The notes beneath the pieces are model-generated. The model did not search any database. It saw nothing but the letters and a program-made list of their open reading frames with translations, and was not told the origin of the DNA. From the NCBI GenBank assembly GCA_002315915.1, contig DCIB01000002.1:20752-84751 (forward strand): a stretch of DNA of 64,000 bases, written 5' to 3'. Shown here piece by piece: positions 1 to 10,063 of the stretch. A program made the translations under genes and the position numbers. How positions within the stretch are numbered: position 1 is the stretch's first letter; each line of letters opens with the position of its first letter. The DNA is from Bacillales bacterium UBA1737 (GTDB lineage: Bacteria > Bacillota_I > Bacilli_A > ML615J-28 > CAG-313).

Positions 1-1
1 A

Positions 2-2923
2 ACAACTTTTGGTGATAAAGTTGATTTATCACCACTAGATGATATTAAAGATTGGATAACTGAACTTGAAGTATTGCTTGATGCAGTAAATATTTTAATA
101 AATTCTAATATTTTTATTAAATCTAATCCACTTGATGATCAATATATTATTACTAATTTATTAACATTTATTTCTACTCAAGAAGTAATTAATACTAATG
201 TAATTAATGATAATGATACATCTTATGCAAAATTTATTAAAACTATTTCTAATTCTAATTTATTTAGTGCTTTATTTAATTTGGTATTCATGAATGCAGG
301 TACTGTATTTAATACATTAGGTGTATTACCTGATATTGAATTCCCTAATTTTGCTAAAACAAATTTTGATGTTAATGAGTATAGTGCATTATTTGGTACT
401 ATTAGTTCATTAATACCATTAATAAATGGATTAACTAATCAAACAATAGATATTAATACTTTATTTACTACATATTTTGTATCTAATGATGGAGATTTAT
501 TGTTAACTAATTTATCTAAATCTAAATTAATTACTAATAATTTAGATTCCTTAATAAAAGATGTTATAGGATCATTTATTGCTACTTATTTAGTGCAAGC
601 TGGTTTAATAGAAGATAGTGATGATATTAAGTTTTATGGATTAACAAATAGTTCTAATTGGACTAATACTGAATGGAAACAAGAATTCTCATCTACTATT
701 ACAGCGGCAGGATCTATTATGGGATTAGTTAATGGTATGAGTGCTCCTGGTGGTATTAGTAGTATATTTGAAAATATGGATACTAATGATTTATCAACAA
801 AACTAAGTAATTCATATTTTATTACTAATAATAGTTCTACTATTACAGAATTTATTGCGACATTCTTAAATACTTCATTAAATGCTACATTATCTGATTC
901 TAATAAATTAGAATTAACTGGATTAAAACGATCTAAAACATTAGAATGGACAAAAAATGATTGGAAGAATGAATATAAAGCATTATTTGATGCGGCATCT
1001 AGTTTCTTAACAATAAGCTCTAATCCATCTGGATTTATGACTTTATTATCTGCTAGTGCTCCTATTGGTGATGAAGAAGAATCTGATGAATATAAATCAT
1101 TAAAATCATTAATATCTGGATTATCTTCTTCAGCATTTATTAGATCAAATTTTGTACCACTAATCAAATATGCATTTGGTTTAATTCAATTAGGAGATAT
1201 TGAATTATCACTTACTATAACTGCAAAAGAATTTAGTAATTATTCTGATTATAAACAAACAAAAGAAATATCTAATTTACTATGGTTTGTTAATGCAATA
1301 ATAAATAAAAATATATTATCCAGTGCAAACCCTATAGAAATATTAGCTACATTTACTGAAAGTGATATTGAAAGTATTACTAAATATATTGAAAAAGAAG
1401 CTATAACTGAAGGTAATGTAGCTAAATATGTTGATAATTCAACATTATTAAAAGATATATTAGCTTCAATTCTAAATTATATTTCATCACTTGATGGAAT
1501 TAAAAGCTTTAATATTTCATTTAATATTAAAGATGTAACTTCTTGGAAAACAGAATTCACTACATTAATTAATCTAATAGGTAGCTTAGATGATATATCA
1601 TCTACTGTTACTAATGCGTTATCAACAATAGATTCACCTGAAAGAACATCTGCAAGAACTACTCTTGCAACACTAATAACTGAAATTACTAATAGTAAGT
1701 TATTAGAACCTTCAATAAAAGGACTTATTGATTATGCATTTAGTAATATTCCAGGTATAAGTATTACTCTTACTAAGGATGATTTAACTACTATTAAGAA
1801 TAAAACATATACAAGTAATAAAACAGGTTGGGTGGGTGAACTTGATATAGTATTTTATCTATATGATAATATGGATCAAATTACATCAATTGATCCATCT
1901 AATGCGCTTACTATGATGACACTTACACCTATTATTAATAAAGCATTTGAAGGTGTATTAACTAAAAATATTATAGTTAATCTACTAAGAACATATTTAA
2001 GTAATAGTTCATTAAATATTGTATTAACTGATAATGATGTTAAACAAATAGATAATGAAGGATGGATTAATAATCTAACCTCTGTATTAAATCTATTAAC
2101 AACATTTACTGATGGTTCTGGATTTAACTTTACATTTAATGAAACACAAGAAAATGCATTAAAAGCATCTGTTCAATACACAATAGGTAAAAAAGCTATT
2201 GTTGCGTTAGTTAATTCGATAATTAGTTCTATGAATGCATCAACATCTATTACGCAATCTGATATAAACAAGATTGAAAAGATAAATAATGGATGGAATA
2301 TAGAAATAGAAACATTATTTGATATTGTTAATGATTGTCCTTCTTTAATTAATGGTACATTTAATCAAGATAGTTTAGATCCTGATACATTATCAACATT
2401 AATGGTTACAGCTTCTAATGGTATAATAACTACTAAAATATTAGGAACTATAATGAATTCATTTAATTTAGGACCTGATTTTACAAATCAAGATACATTA
2501 AAAACTCTTGCTCCTAGTATAAAGACATTATTTACTTTATATAAATCAACAGATCCTACAAGTTCACTTGATATTCAAAATATTACTCCAGAGAATATTG
2601 CTGATGTATTAGATGTAGTATCTACATTATTTACAGAATCAACTATTGATTTAAGTGATTCAAGTATAATTAAATCTACTTTAGAAGATGTTTTAGGTAT
2701 TGATTTATCTGATTCTTCTAAATTATCACAATTTGAAGAAATATTAGATAATACAGATCTTATAAAGAATGTACTAGAACAATATAATTCATCAGTTGAT
2801 CCATCTAATTTTGATGTAAATGATATAGATTTATCAAGTCTTACTCAAGAACAAAAAGATTTAATTCAAAACAATGATCAAATTGCAGCTTTACTTGAAG
2901 CATACAAAAATATGAATAAATAA
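2..2923 (+). CDS. Large repetitive Asn/Ser/Thr/Ile-rich protein, 5' end outside the window
   Basis: Frame is open from nt 2 with no stop before the TTG at 74 listed in the ORF track, so the gene probably continues upstream. Recurrent modules with a W-x3-E/L-x3-L motif (DWITELEVLL, TEWKQEF, NDWKNEY, SWKTEFTTL, GWVGELDIV, GWINNLTSVL, GWNIEIETL). No family recognised. Followed by hairpin 2927-2950. Confidence 0.6.
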   Translation, partial: TTFGDKVDLSPLDDIKDWITELEVLLDAVNILINSNIFIKSNPLDDQYIITNLLTFISTQEVINTNVINDNDTSYAKFIKTISNSNLFSALFNLVFMNAGTVFNTLGVLPDIEFPNFAKTNFDVNEYSALFGTISSLIPLINGLTNQTIDINTLFTTYFVSNDGDLLLTNLSKSKLITNNLDSLIKDVIGSFIATYLVQAGLIEDSDDIKFYGLTNSSNWTNTEWKQEFSSTITAAGSIMGLVNGMSAPGGISSIFENMDTNDLSTKLSNSYFITNNSSTITEFIATFLNTSLNATLSDSNKLELTGLKRSKTLEWTKNDWKNEYKALFDAASSFLTISSNPSGFMTLLSASAPIGDEEESDEYKSLKSLISGLSSSAFIRSNFVPLIKYAFGLIQLGDIELSLTITAKEFSNYSDYKQTKEISNLLWFVNAIINKNILSSANPIEILATFTESDIESITKYIEKEAITEGNVAKYVDNSTLLKDILASILNYISSLDGIKSFNISFNIKDVTSWKTEFTTLINLIGSLDDISSTVTNALSTIDSPERTSARTTLATLITEITNSKLLEPSIKGLIDYAFSNIPGISITLTKDDLTTIKNKTYTSNKTGWVGELDIVFYLYDNMDQITSIDPSNALTMMTLTPIINKAFEGVLTKNIIVNLLRTYLSNSSLNIVLTDNDVKQIDNEGWINNLTSVLNLLTTFTDGSGFNFTFNETQENALKASVQYTIGKKAIVALVNSIISSMNASTSITQSDINKIEKINNGWNIEIETLFDIVNDCPSLINGTFNQDSLDPDTLSTLMVTASNGIITTKILGTIMNSFNLGPDFTNQDTLKTLAPSIKTLFTLYKSTDPTSSLDIQNITPENIADVLDVVSTLFTESTIDLSDSSIIKSTLEDVLGIDLSDSSKLSQFEEILDNTDLIKNVLEQYNSSVDPSNFDVNDIDLSSLTQEQKDLIQNNDQIAALLEAYKNMNK
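50..2310 (+). repeat. Divergent intragenic tandem modules (about 230-310 bp each) marked by the W-x3-E motif
   Basis: Trp-containing motif seen near nt 53, 670, 960, 1545, 1830, 2064, 2295. Protein-level repeats only, no near-identical DNA copies. Confidence 0.45.
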
Positions 2924-2926
2924 AAT

Positions 2927-2950
2927 TAAGCCTGTATAAATACAGGCTTA
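2927..2950 (+). terminator. Stem-loop after the large repeat-protein gene
   Basis: TAAGCCTGTA (2927-2936) / TACAGGCTTA (2941-2950), 10-bp stem, 4-nt loop. Weak T tail. Confidence 0.5.
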
Positions 2951-2965
2951 ATTATTGGTATATAT

Positions 2966-3946
2966 ATGAAAATAAAAAATATTGAATTTTCTAATAACGT
3001 TTTTTTAGCTCCTATGGCCGGAGTTACATCTTATGCATTTAGATCTATATGTAAAGAAATGGGTGCAGGAGCTGTATATTGTGAAATGGTTTCAGATAAA
3101 GGTTTAACTTATCATAATGCTAAAACTCTTAATATGATAAATGTATTGGAAAATGAACATCCAGTTGTAATGCAACTATTTGGTAGTGATAAAAATTCTT
3201 TACTTGAAGCAGCTAAAATAGTAGAAGCTAATTCTAATGTAGATATTATTGATATTAATATGGGGTGTCCTGTAAAAAAAGTTACAAGTAATGGTTCAGG
3301 GTCTGCTTTATTAAAAGATCCTAATAAAATATATGATATTATAAAAACATTAGTAGATAATATTAATCTACCTATTACTTGTAAAATAAGAACTGGTTGG
3401 GACCATGATTCTATTAATTGTGTAGAAGTTGCTAAAATAATCGAAAAAGCAGGTGCTTCCGCAATCACTATTCATGGTAGAACTAGATCAGACTTATATA
3501 ATGGACATTCTGATTGGTCATTAATTAAAAAAGTAAAAGAAGCAGTATCTATTCCAGTAATTGGTAATGGAGATATTATAGATGAATTTACCGCAAAAAG
3601 AATGATTGATGAAACTGGTGTTGATGGTATAATGATTGCAAGAGCAGCCTGTGGAAATCCTTGGATATTTAAAAGAATTACTTCTTATTTAAAAGATGGA
3701 ACAATTATTGATAAACCATCAAAAAAAGAAGTATTAGATATTATGATAGAACATGCTAATAGATTAGTAAAAGAACATGGTGAATATGCAGCAATAGTTG
3801 AAATGCGTACACATGCTGCATTCTATTTAAAAAACTTGATAGGTACTAAAAATTATAAGGTTAGAATTGTTAATGTATCAACTATAAATGAACTAATTGA
3901 TATTAAAAATGAAATATTAAATGATGAACATGTCTATTCAAAATAA
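2966..3946 (+). CDS. dusB: tRNA-dihydrouridine synthase
   Basis: Dus motifs LAPMAGVT, INMGCPVKKV, ITIHGRTR. 326 aa. Confidence 0.9.
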   Translation: MKIKNIEFSNNVFLAPMAGVTSYAFRSICKEMGAGAVYCEMVSDKGLTYHNAKTLNMINVLENEHPVVMQLFGSDKNSLLEAAKIVEANSNVDIIDINMGCPVKKVTSNGSGSALLKDPNKIYDIIKTLVDNINLPITCKIRTGWDHDSINCVEVAKIIEKAGASAITIHGRTRSDLYNGHSDWSLIKKVKEAVSIPVIGNGDIIDEFTAKRMIDETGVDGIMIARAACGNPWIFKRITSYLKDGTIIDKPSKKEVLDIMIEHANRLVKEHGEYAAIVEMRTHAAFYLKNLIGTKNYKVRIVNVSTINELIDIKNEILNDEHVYSK

Positions 3947-3960
3947 TATATATAATAAGG

Positions 3961-3989
3961 AAGGAGGAGTAATTACATTACTCCTCCTT
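3961..3989. terminator. Bidirectional hairpin between convergent dusB and hflX
   Basis: AAGGAGGAGTAAT (3961-3973) / ATTACTCCTCCTT (3977-3989), 13-bp stem, 3-nt loop. Overlaps the last hflX codons. Confidence 0.6.
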
Positions 3990-5264
3990 TATATATTCCT
4001 TATATATATTATATAAATGTTCACTTAGTATAACTTTACACTTTATACCGTTTTCTAAATATTCAGTATTTTCTACATTTGCTTTTTCTTTTAAGATATT
4101 ATAAATGTTACCTTTATCATATGGAATAAGCAAAGTTACAGAATATGATTTAGTAAACAATGTATTATCAATATAATTAATTAATTCATTTATACCGTCA
4201 TTATTTTGATTTGATATTTTAATCATTGGAGAATATGATGTTGGTATAAAAATTTCATTTTTTACTAAATCTATTTTATTAAAACAATATAATACTGGGA
4301 TATTAGAACAACCTAATTTATTTAATACATCGATAGTAGTTTTAATTTGTTCTTCAACAAATGGACTAGAAGCGTCAATTACATGTATAATTAAAGATGC
4401 TTCCGTTACTTCTTCTAGAGTTGATTTAAAAGCTTCTATTAAATGATGTGGAAGTTTATTAACAAAACCTACGGTATCTGTTAATAAAAACTCATGATTA
4501 TTTTCTAGTTTTATTCTTCTAGTTGAAGTTTCTAATGTTGCAAATAGCATATCTTTTACAAAAACTTCTTTATTATCTATTTGATCTTTAGAATATTTTA
4601 ATAATGAATTAATTGTTGTTGATTTACCAGCATTAGTATAACCTGCAAGCGCAACACTAGGTGTATTATTTTTCTTTCTTAAAGATCTTGTAATATATCT
4701 TGATTTAACAACTTCAGCTAATTCTTCTCTAATATGAGATATTCTATTTTCAATAATTCTTCTATCAAGTTCAAGAGCAGTTTCACCACTTCCACGTCTT
4801 GCGCCTGTTCCACCAGATCCTCCGCCACCTGTTCTAGATAAGTTTTTTCTAGCTCCTATAAGACGAGGAAGCATATATTTTAGATTTGCAAGTTCTACTT
4901 GTAGACATGCTTCTTTAGTCTTTGCGCGTGTTTTAAATATCTCTAGAATAAGCATAGTTCTATCTAAAATTTCACAAGATAAAATTTCCGCTATATTATT
5001 TAATACCGCAGGACTTAATTCATCATTAAAGATAACACAATCTGCTTCAAATAACTCTACTTTTTCTTGTAATTCTATTAATTTTCCACTTCCAATATAG
5101 GTAGAATTATTTGGATGATCTAGAGTTTGTGTTAATTGATATACAGGATCAATACAACAAGCTTCTGCTAATCCTTTTAATTCTTCCATTTCATAGTAGA
5201 ATTCTTTATCATTATGAGTATATACACCTACTAAAATTGCAGTAGATTTAATTAATTCATCCAT
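3978..5264 (-). CDS. hflX: GTPase HflX
   Basis: Gly-rich HflX loop RTGGGGSGGTGARRGSGETALELDRR, G1 GYTNAGKST, G3 DTVGF, G4 NKID. Start moved to the second ATG (5262-5264): GAGGA lies 7 nt upstream, and the first ATG (5285) sits inside a TATAATG promoter-like element. Confidence 0.9.
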   Translation of the reverse strand: MDELIKSTAILVGVYTHNDKEFYYEMEELKGLAEACCIDPVYQLTQTLDHPNNSTYIGSGKLIELQEKVELFEADCVIFNDELSPAVLNNIAEILSCEILDRTMLILEIFKTRAKTKEACLQVELANLKYMLPRLIGARKNLSRTGGGGSGGTGARRGSGETALELDRRIIENRISHIREELAEVVKSRYITRSLRKKNNTPSVALAGYTNAGKSTTINSLLKYSKDQIDNKEVFVKDMLFATLETSTRRIKLENNHEFLLTDTVGFVNKLPHHLIEAFKSTLEEVTEASLIIHVIDASSPFVEEQIKTTIDVLNKLGCSNIPVLYCFNKIDLVKNEIFIPTSYSPMIKISNQNNDGINELINYIDNTLFTKSYSVTLLIPYDKGNIYNILKEKANVENTEYLENGIKCKVILSEHLYNIYKEYIKEE

Positions 5265-5351
5265 AATTTTATCCTCAATAATCATTATAACATATATATA
5301 TTCTATATTGATATTTAACCGATTTAAATGTTAATAAAATAATGTGTTATG

Positions 5352-5360
5352 TGATATAAT
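5352..5360 (+). promoter_or_regulatory. Extended -10 (TGaTATAAT) upstream of the 1386-aa gene
   Basis: TG at 5352-5353 and TATAAT at 5355-5360, 37 nt before the ATG at 5397. Consensus match only. Confidence 0.4.
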
Positions 5361-5396
5361 AATCATAAATAAATAACAATAAAAAGGTATTAAATT

Positions 5397-8300
5397 ATGA
5401 ATAATTTATGGCTAAGAAAACACCGGTTAGCCTTAAATAATCCTCATTTAATAGATTTATTAAATAAAGATTATTATATCGAATTAGGAAATATAAAAAT
5501 TGATATATTCGATGAACTACTATCTGGTGTAGATATCTCTATTAATAATATACTTGATATTAATCAAGTAAATAATGGTTTAGGTAAACTTACAGATAAT
5601 AGAAATGATTATTTAAATCAATTAGAATTTTTAAAATCTATTAAGAATAATAATTTAATATGTTCATATATCTTAACAGCCGGTGTTGTAAGATATTATA
5701 CCTCAAAGCATAAAGAAAAATTAGCACCATTAGTTATTATTCCTATTCAAATAGATTTTGAAAAAGAATTAGTTTCTAAAATAGGTGATGCGGAAATCAA
5801 TAATATTCTTTTAAATCATTTTATTGATCAACATATTGTATCAGAAGAAGAAATATCTAAAATTAAATATATATATGGAACTACATTTAATAGTGTATAT
5901 GATATAGATATGTTTACTGTTAGTTTTAGAAATCATATCAATTTAAATATATCAACAGAATCGTATTTAAGTTTTGCGGAATTTAGATTTAATACTTATT
6001 CCACATCTAAACAAATATTTAATAATGTTTTATCAACTGAAGAAAATGATTATTATGAAATTAATAAATATTTCTTTGATAATATTAAATATATTTCAAA
6101 TCTTAATGGTGATCAAAAATATGCATGTAATTTAGCTCATCAAGGAAAAAGTTTTGTAATTGAAGGTAAAAGCTTAAGTGGTAAAACCACTACTTTATTA
6201 AATATTGTAAGTGATGCAGTTATTAATAATAAAAATATTTTATATGTAAATAATAACTTTAATAAACTACTTGAATTTAATAATTTACTTTCAAAATACA
6301 ATTTATATAAATATGTTTATTCTTTTTATCCGGGAATTAATAATAATACTTCCAACACTACTTTACTTGATGTAAAGTATGATAAAGTAAATAATATTGA
6401 TACATTACTTAATTTCCAAGATTTGTATGATAAAAAATATTTAGGATATAAATATAGCTATATTTTAGAGAAATTAGCTATATATAAAAAGTTAAATATC
6501 ATCCCAAGATTTAAAGGATTATTAAAACTTGAGCCTAATGAAAATGAACAAGTATCCGAATGTTTAAAAAAGATATCTTTTAATATTAAAGGATATAACT
6601 TTTCTAAATCAGTATGGAATACTTTATTAGCAGATCCTAAACTTGATAAATCTAATGATATTAAAGATATTTTATATAATCTTATTGATGTTAATAATAA
6701 TTTGAATACAGAATTAAAAGATTTTTGTGAGTTTTTCAAATTAAAAAATATTAAAAATATTAATACATTAAGAAGAATAGTTAAGAATATTCAAGACTTT
6801 GAATCATTTAGACCTGCCAAAGTATGGCTAGATGATTCAACACATGAATTAGTTAATAAAAATATTTTATTATTAGGTTCTATAATAAAACGTCATACTA
6901 GACTTAAAAATATTGAATCATTATCTTTAAATGATGGTTATACTTTAAAAGATGTAAACAATTATTATAATTCGTTAGCTAATAATAAAGATGAAACATT
7001 AATCAAAAAGATTATTGCAAATAATTTAAATTTAGAATCATTGCAACAATCAATGATTAATATTCATGATGCACATCAAACAATTGATTATTTTAAAAGT
7101 TATTTTAAAATTAATACATTATCAATAGATTATGCTAATTTCTTTGATAAAGTTAAAAATATTGTATTTAATAAAGAACTAAATATTGAAGTATTACTAT
7201 CCTTTTTAAGTAATCCGAATTTATTTATTGAAAATAATATCTCATTTATAGATGAATATAATAACTATAATCAAATATTAAATGAATATAATAAACTTAA
7301 TTTAAAACAAATTGATTATAATTTTTTAAAAGATTTAAATAAAGATAGTTTAATTAAAATATATGCGGTAACTCTTGGAGCTTCTAAAAATAATATTATA
7401 GATACATGCCATATATTAAAAGATTTAAGATTATCGATTATAGAACTTGATAAATATATAAAATATGATCTTAATAATAACGATAAATATACTAATTTTT
7501 ATAGTTTTATTACAGCATGTAATTCTTTAAATAAATTTGATATAAATATTATTTTATCTTTATCTAAAGAATATTCTACACTTGATAATTTTTATAATTC
7601 AAAATTTTATCAAGAATTAATATTACTAGAAAAGTACGCAAGACAAATAAATATTATTAGAGAAAAGCTAGATTATTATAATTTTAATAATAAAAAGGAT
7701 TTAATTGAAAAAGAATTAAATAATATAGAAAATCTAATTATTGATGTTAATACCGTTATTAAAAATAGAACATCATTATTTAATTGTTTTAAAGAACAAT
7801 CTGCAATTACATATGATTCAATATTAGAATATTTAAAATGTTATAAAGAATATTTAGGATTAGAAGAAGAATTAAAATCAAATAGTGATGATTTTAAACA
7901 TATATTTGGTGTATCTTATAATAGTTTTGATACCAATATTTTAGATATTCAAAATTCTTACTACTCATTTAATTTCTTTAAAACACAATTTATAGATTAT
8001 TCTGTATTTGAAGATATCTTTAATAATGATTCTGAATACAAAAAATTTATATCATATGGTATAAAACTAGATAACTACTATAATAGTTGGTTAAAATTAG
8101 TAAGAGAATTTTCTTCTTTCTTTAGAAAATCACTTGTATATTTACAAAATGTATCATTAAGTGAAGTATCTAATATCTTAAATAAATATGTTCTTGAACT
8201 TGATAATCTTAATAAAGCATATAATATTATTTCTTGTATACAAGTATTAGATTATTTTAATTTAAAAGAAGTTATATCATATATATACACTGAATCAAAT

Positions 8301-9557
8301 TTTGATGATTTAGAAAAAGAATATATGTATTCTGTATTATTAGAAAGATTTAATGAAGCTAGTGATTTAATTAAATTTGATAAGAATAAATGGATTAATG
8401 AAATTAAATCATATAATGATTTTATTAATCAAGAATGTATTAAAAATACTGCAAAGCTTACTATATATAATCCATTGAAACATAAAAAGAGCATAAAAGA
8501 TTATGCTCAAATAATAGGTAATATATTAGATGATGATGCTAATATGATATTTTCTATGCCAAATGATAAGAAAATATTCTTATGTGATACATTAACATTT
8601 AATACATTTACAAATTTATTTAATTATGATTTAGTATTAATAGATAATGCAGAATTATCTGATGCAGATACTTATGCATTAATTGATACTGCAAAACAAG
8701 TAATAGTATCTGGTGATTTATCATATAAATTATCTGTATCCAATGGTTTATTACAACGTATTAATATTCATTCAATGATTCATATGTCTAATAGATATCT
8801 TGCATTAAATGAAATGCAATCGATTGATCTTTCTCAAAAGAATATATTTCTTCCATATACTGGTAAAGTAATAGTTACATATGAACAAAATATTAAAGAT
8901 TTGATTAAGAATATAATTTTAAATGCGTATAATAATAAAATAATTACTGGAATATATGTTTCTACAATAAGTGATAATAGATTGGTTAATAAAATATTGT
9001 TTGAATTATTTAATAATAATTTAATAGACAAATCTATTTATGAATATATTTATATTACAAATCCATTAACTGACGTTGTAAAAACTGTAAAAGAAGGTTA
9101 TGTTATAGTTAATAAACATCATAATGCAGAAAATTCCATTGTTAAATTGTTCTATCAAAATATTGTAACAACAAATAATTTGACACTTATATTTAATAGT
9201 TTTGATAATTATGATGAATATGCTTATCTATCAGGTATTAAAGAACATCAATTGTTAAGAGATAACGAAATAGGCTTTTATATTAAAAAAGATTTAATGG
9301 ATAAGGGATTATTTGTATATTCTTTTGAAGGATTAGTAAATTTAATTATTAAATTTAAAGAAAAAATGTTTGGTATAGTTATTTATGGTAGAAGAACTAT
9401 GTTTAATTATTCTTTAATAGATGATTATATGTATATAAACAGCATATCAAAATTATTTAATTATCATATATTAGAATATAGTGTTGATGAATTATATAAT
9501 AATTATGAATATGTATTAAATGATATATATAAAAAGGTTACTTCTCATGATAAATAA
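5397..9557 (+). CDS. Giant Upf1-like (SF1, DUF4011-type architecture) helicase-like protein with degenerate catalytic motifs
   Basis: N-terminal region resembles DUF4011 (LAPLVIIPIQIDFEK). Walker A GKSLSGKT at 6165-6188. About 800 aa separate it from a Walker-B-like LVLIDNAELSD (DNAE at 8643-8654, Asn in place of the catalytic Glu). VIVSGDLSYKL replaces the GDxxQLPP motif and no motif VI arginine is recognisable. The C-terminus resembles a decayed DUF559/REase-like module (FGIVIYGRR). Extremely N/K/I/Y-rich. Confidence 0.5.
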   Translation: MNNLWLRKHRLALNNPHLIDLLNKDYYIELGNIKIDIFDELLSGVDISINNILDINQVNNGLGKLTDNRNDYLNQLEFLKSIKNNNLICSYILTAGVVRYYTSKHKEKLAPLVIIPIQIDFEKELVSKIGDAEINNILLNHFIDQHIVSEEEISKIKYIYGTTFNSVYDIDMFTVSFRNHINLNISTESYLSFAEFRFNTYSTSKQIFNNVLSTEENDYYEINKYFFDNIKYISNLNGDQKYACNLAHQGKSFVIEGKSLSGKTTTLLNIVSDAVINNKNILYVNNNFNKLLEFNNLLSKYNLYKYVYSFYPGINNNTSNTTLLDVKYDKVNNIDTLLNFQDLYDKKYLGYKYSYILEKLAIYKKLNIIPRFKGLLKLEPNENEQVSECLKKISFNIKGYNFSKSVWNTLLADPKLDKSNDIKDILYNLIDVNNNLNTELKDFCEFFKLKNIKNINTLRRIVKNIQDFESFRPAKVWLDDSTHELVNKNILLLGSIIKRHTRLKNIESLSLNDGYTLKDVNNYYNSLANNKDETLIKKIIANNLNLESLQQSMINIHDAHQTIDYFKSYFKINTLSIDYANFFDKVKNIVFNKELNIEVLLSFLSNPNLFIENNISFIDEYNNYNQILNEYNKLNLKQIDYNFLKDLNKDSLIKIYAVTLGASKNNIIDTCHILKDLRLSIIELDKYIKYDLNNNDKYTNFYSFITACNSLNKFDINIILSLSKEYSTLDNFYNSKFYQELILLEKYARQINIIREKLDYYNFNNKKDLIEKELNNIENLIIDVNTVIKNRTSLFNCFKEQSAITYDSILEYLKCYKEYLGLEEELKSNSDDFKHIFGVSYNSFDTNILDIQNSYYSFNFFKTQFIDYSVFEDIFNNDSEYKKFISYGIKLDNYYNSWLKLVREFSSFFRKSLVYLQNVSLSEVSNILNKYVLELDNLNKAYNIISCIQVLDYFNLKEVISYIYTESNFDDLEKEYMYSVLLERFNEASDLIKFDKNKWINEIKSYNDFINQECIKNTAKLTIYNPLKHKKSIKDYAQIIGNILDDDANMIFSMPNDKKIFLCDTLTFNTFTNLFNYDLVLIDNAELSDADTYALIDTAKQVIVSGDLSYKLSVSNGLLQRINIHSMIHMSNRYLALNEMQSIDLSQKNIFLPYTGKVIVTYEQNIKDLIKNIILNAYNNKIITGIYVSTISDNRLVNKILFELFNNNLIDKSIYEYIYITNPLTDVVKTVKEGYVIVNKHHNAENSIVKLFYQNIVTTNNLTLIFNSFDNYDEYAYLSGIKEHQLLRDNEIGFYIKKDLMDKGLFVYSFEGLVNLIIKFKEKMFGIVIYGRRTMFNYSLIDDYMYINSISKLFNYHILEYSVDELYNNYEYVLNDIYKKVTSHDK

Positions 9558-10053
9558 AAAAGATGTTTTTAAAGAATTAATAAAAATGTTTCAAGATACT
9601 AATTTTAGTATTATTAAATTTAAAAATGATCTAAATAATTATATAAATGATGGATTTAATATTAATTCTAAATATAATAATGGAAAGACTATAGCTCATT
9701 TAATAGTTAAATATTCTAAATCAGGATTATTTAATTATTTAGTCCAACTTGGATTAAATATTGATATATGTGATGATTCTTATGATGCGCCTATCCATGA
9801 GGCTGTAAAGTTACATAATATTATGATGGTTCAAGAATTATTGATGTGTGGAGCAGATATTAATGCTCCATCAGAATTTGAAGCAACACCACTTCATTTA
9901 GCTGTTGCTGAAAAAGATGATACAATGGTTGAATTTTTAATAAAGATGCATGCTGATACATCTTTAGTAGATGAAAAGAATAATTCAGCCTATGATTATG
10001 CAAAAGATGATAATAATATAGATATTATTAATATCTTTGAAAAATATTGTTGA
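9547..10053 (+). CDS. Ankyrin-repeat protein (3-4 ANK repeats)
   Basis: GKTIAHLIVKYSKSGLFNYLVQLGLNID / DAPIHEAVKLHNIMMVQELLMCGADINA / ATPLHLAVAEKDDTMVEFLIKMHADTSL fit the ANK consensus. Start placed at ATG 9547, which overlaps the upstream stop (9555-9557) by 11 nt. Ends in TGA. Confidence 0.8.
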   Translation: MINKKDVFKELIKMFQDTNFSIIKFKNDLNNYINDGFNINSKYNNGKTIAHLIVKYSKSGLFNYLVQLGLNIDICDDSYDAPIHEAVKLHNIMMVQELLMCGADINAPSEFEATPLHLAVAEKDDTMVEFLIKMHADTSLVDEKNNSAYDYAKDDNNIDIINIFEKYC

Positions 10054-10063
10054 GGTAATTTTT

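Noticed and set aside
634-1167. 177-aa minus-strand ORF inside the large repeat-protein gene, and similar antisense ORFs at 3112-3468, 6458-6739, 23366-23668, 23735-24094, 25669-26019, 27218-27523, 29597-29824, 32566-33201, 41990-42394, 58216-58509
   Set aside because: All lie wholly inside longer, motif-supported genes on the other strand. They have no recognisable motifs or translation signals, so I treat them as shadow ORFs.
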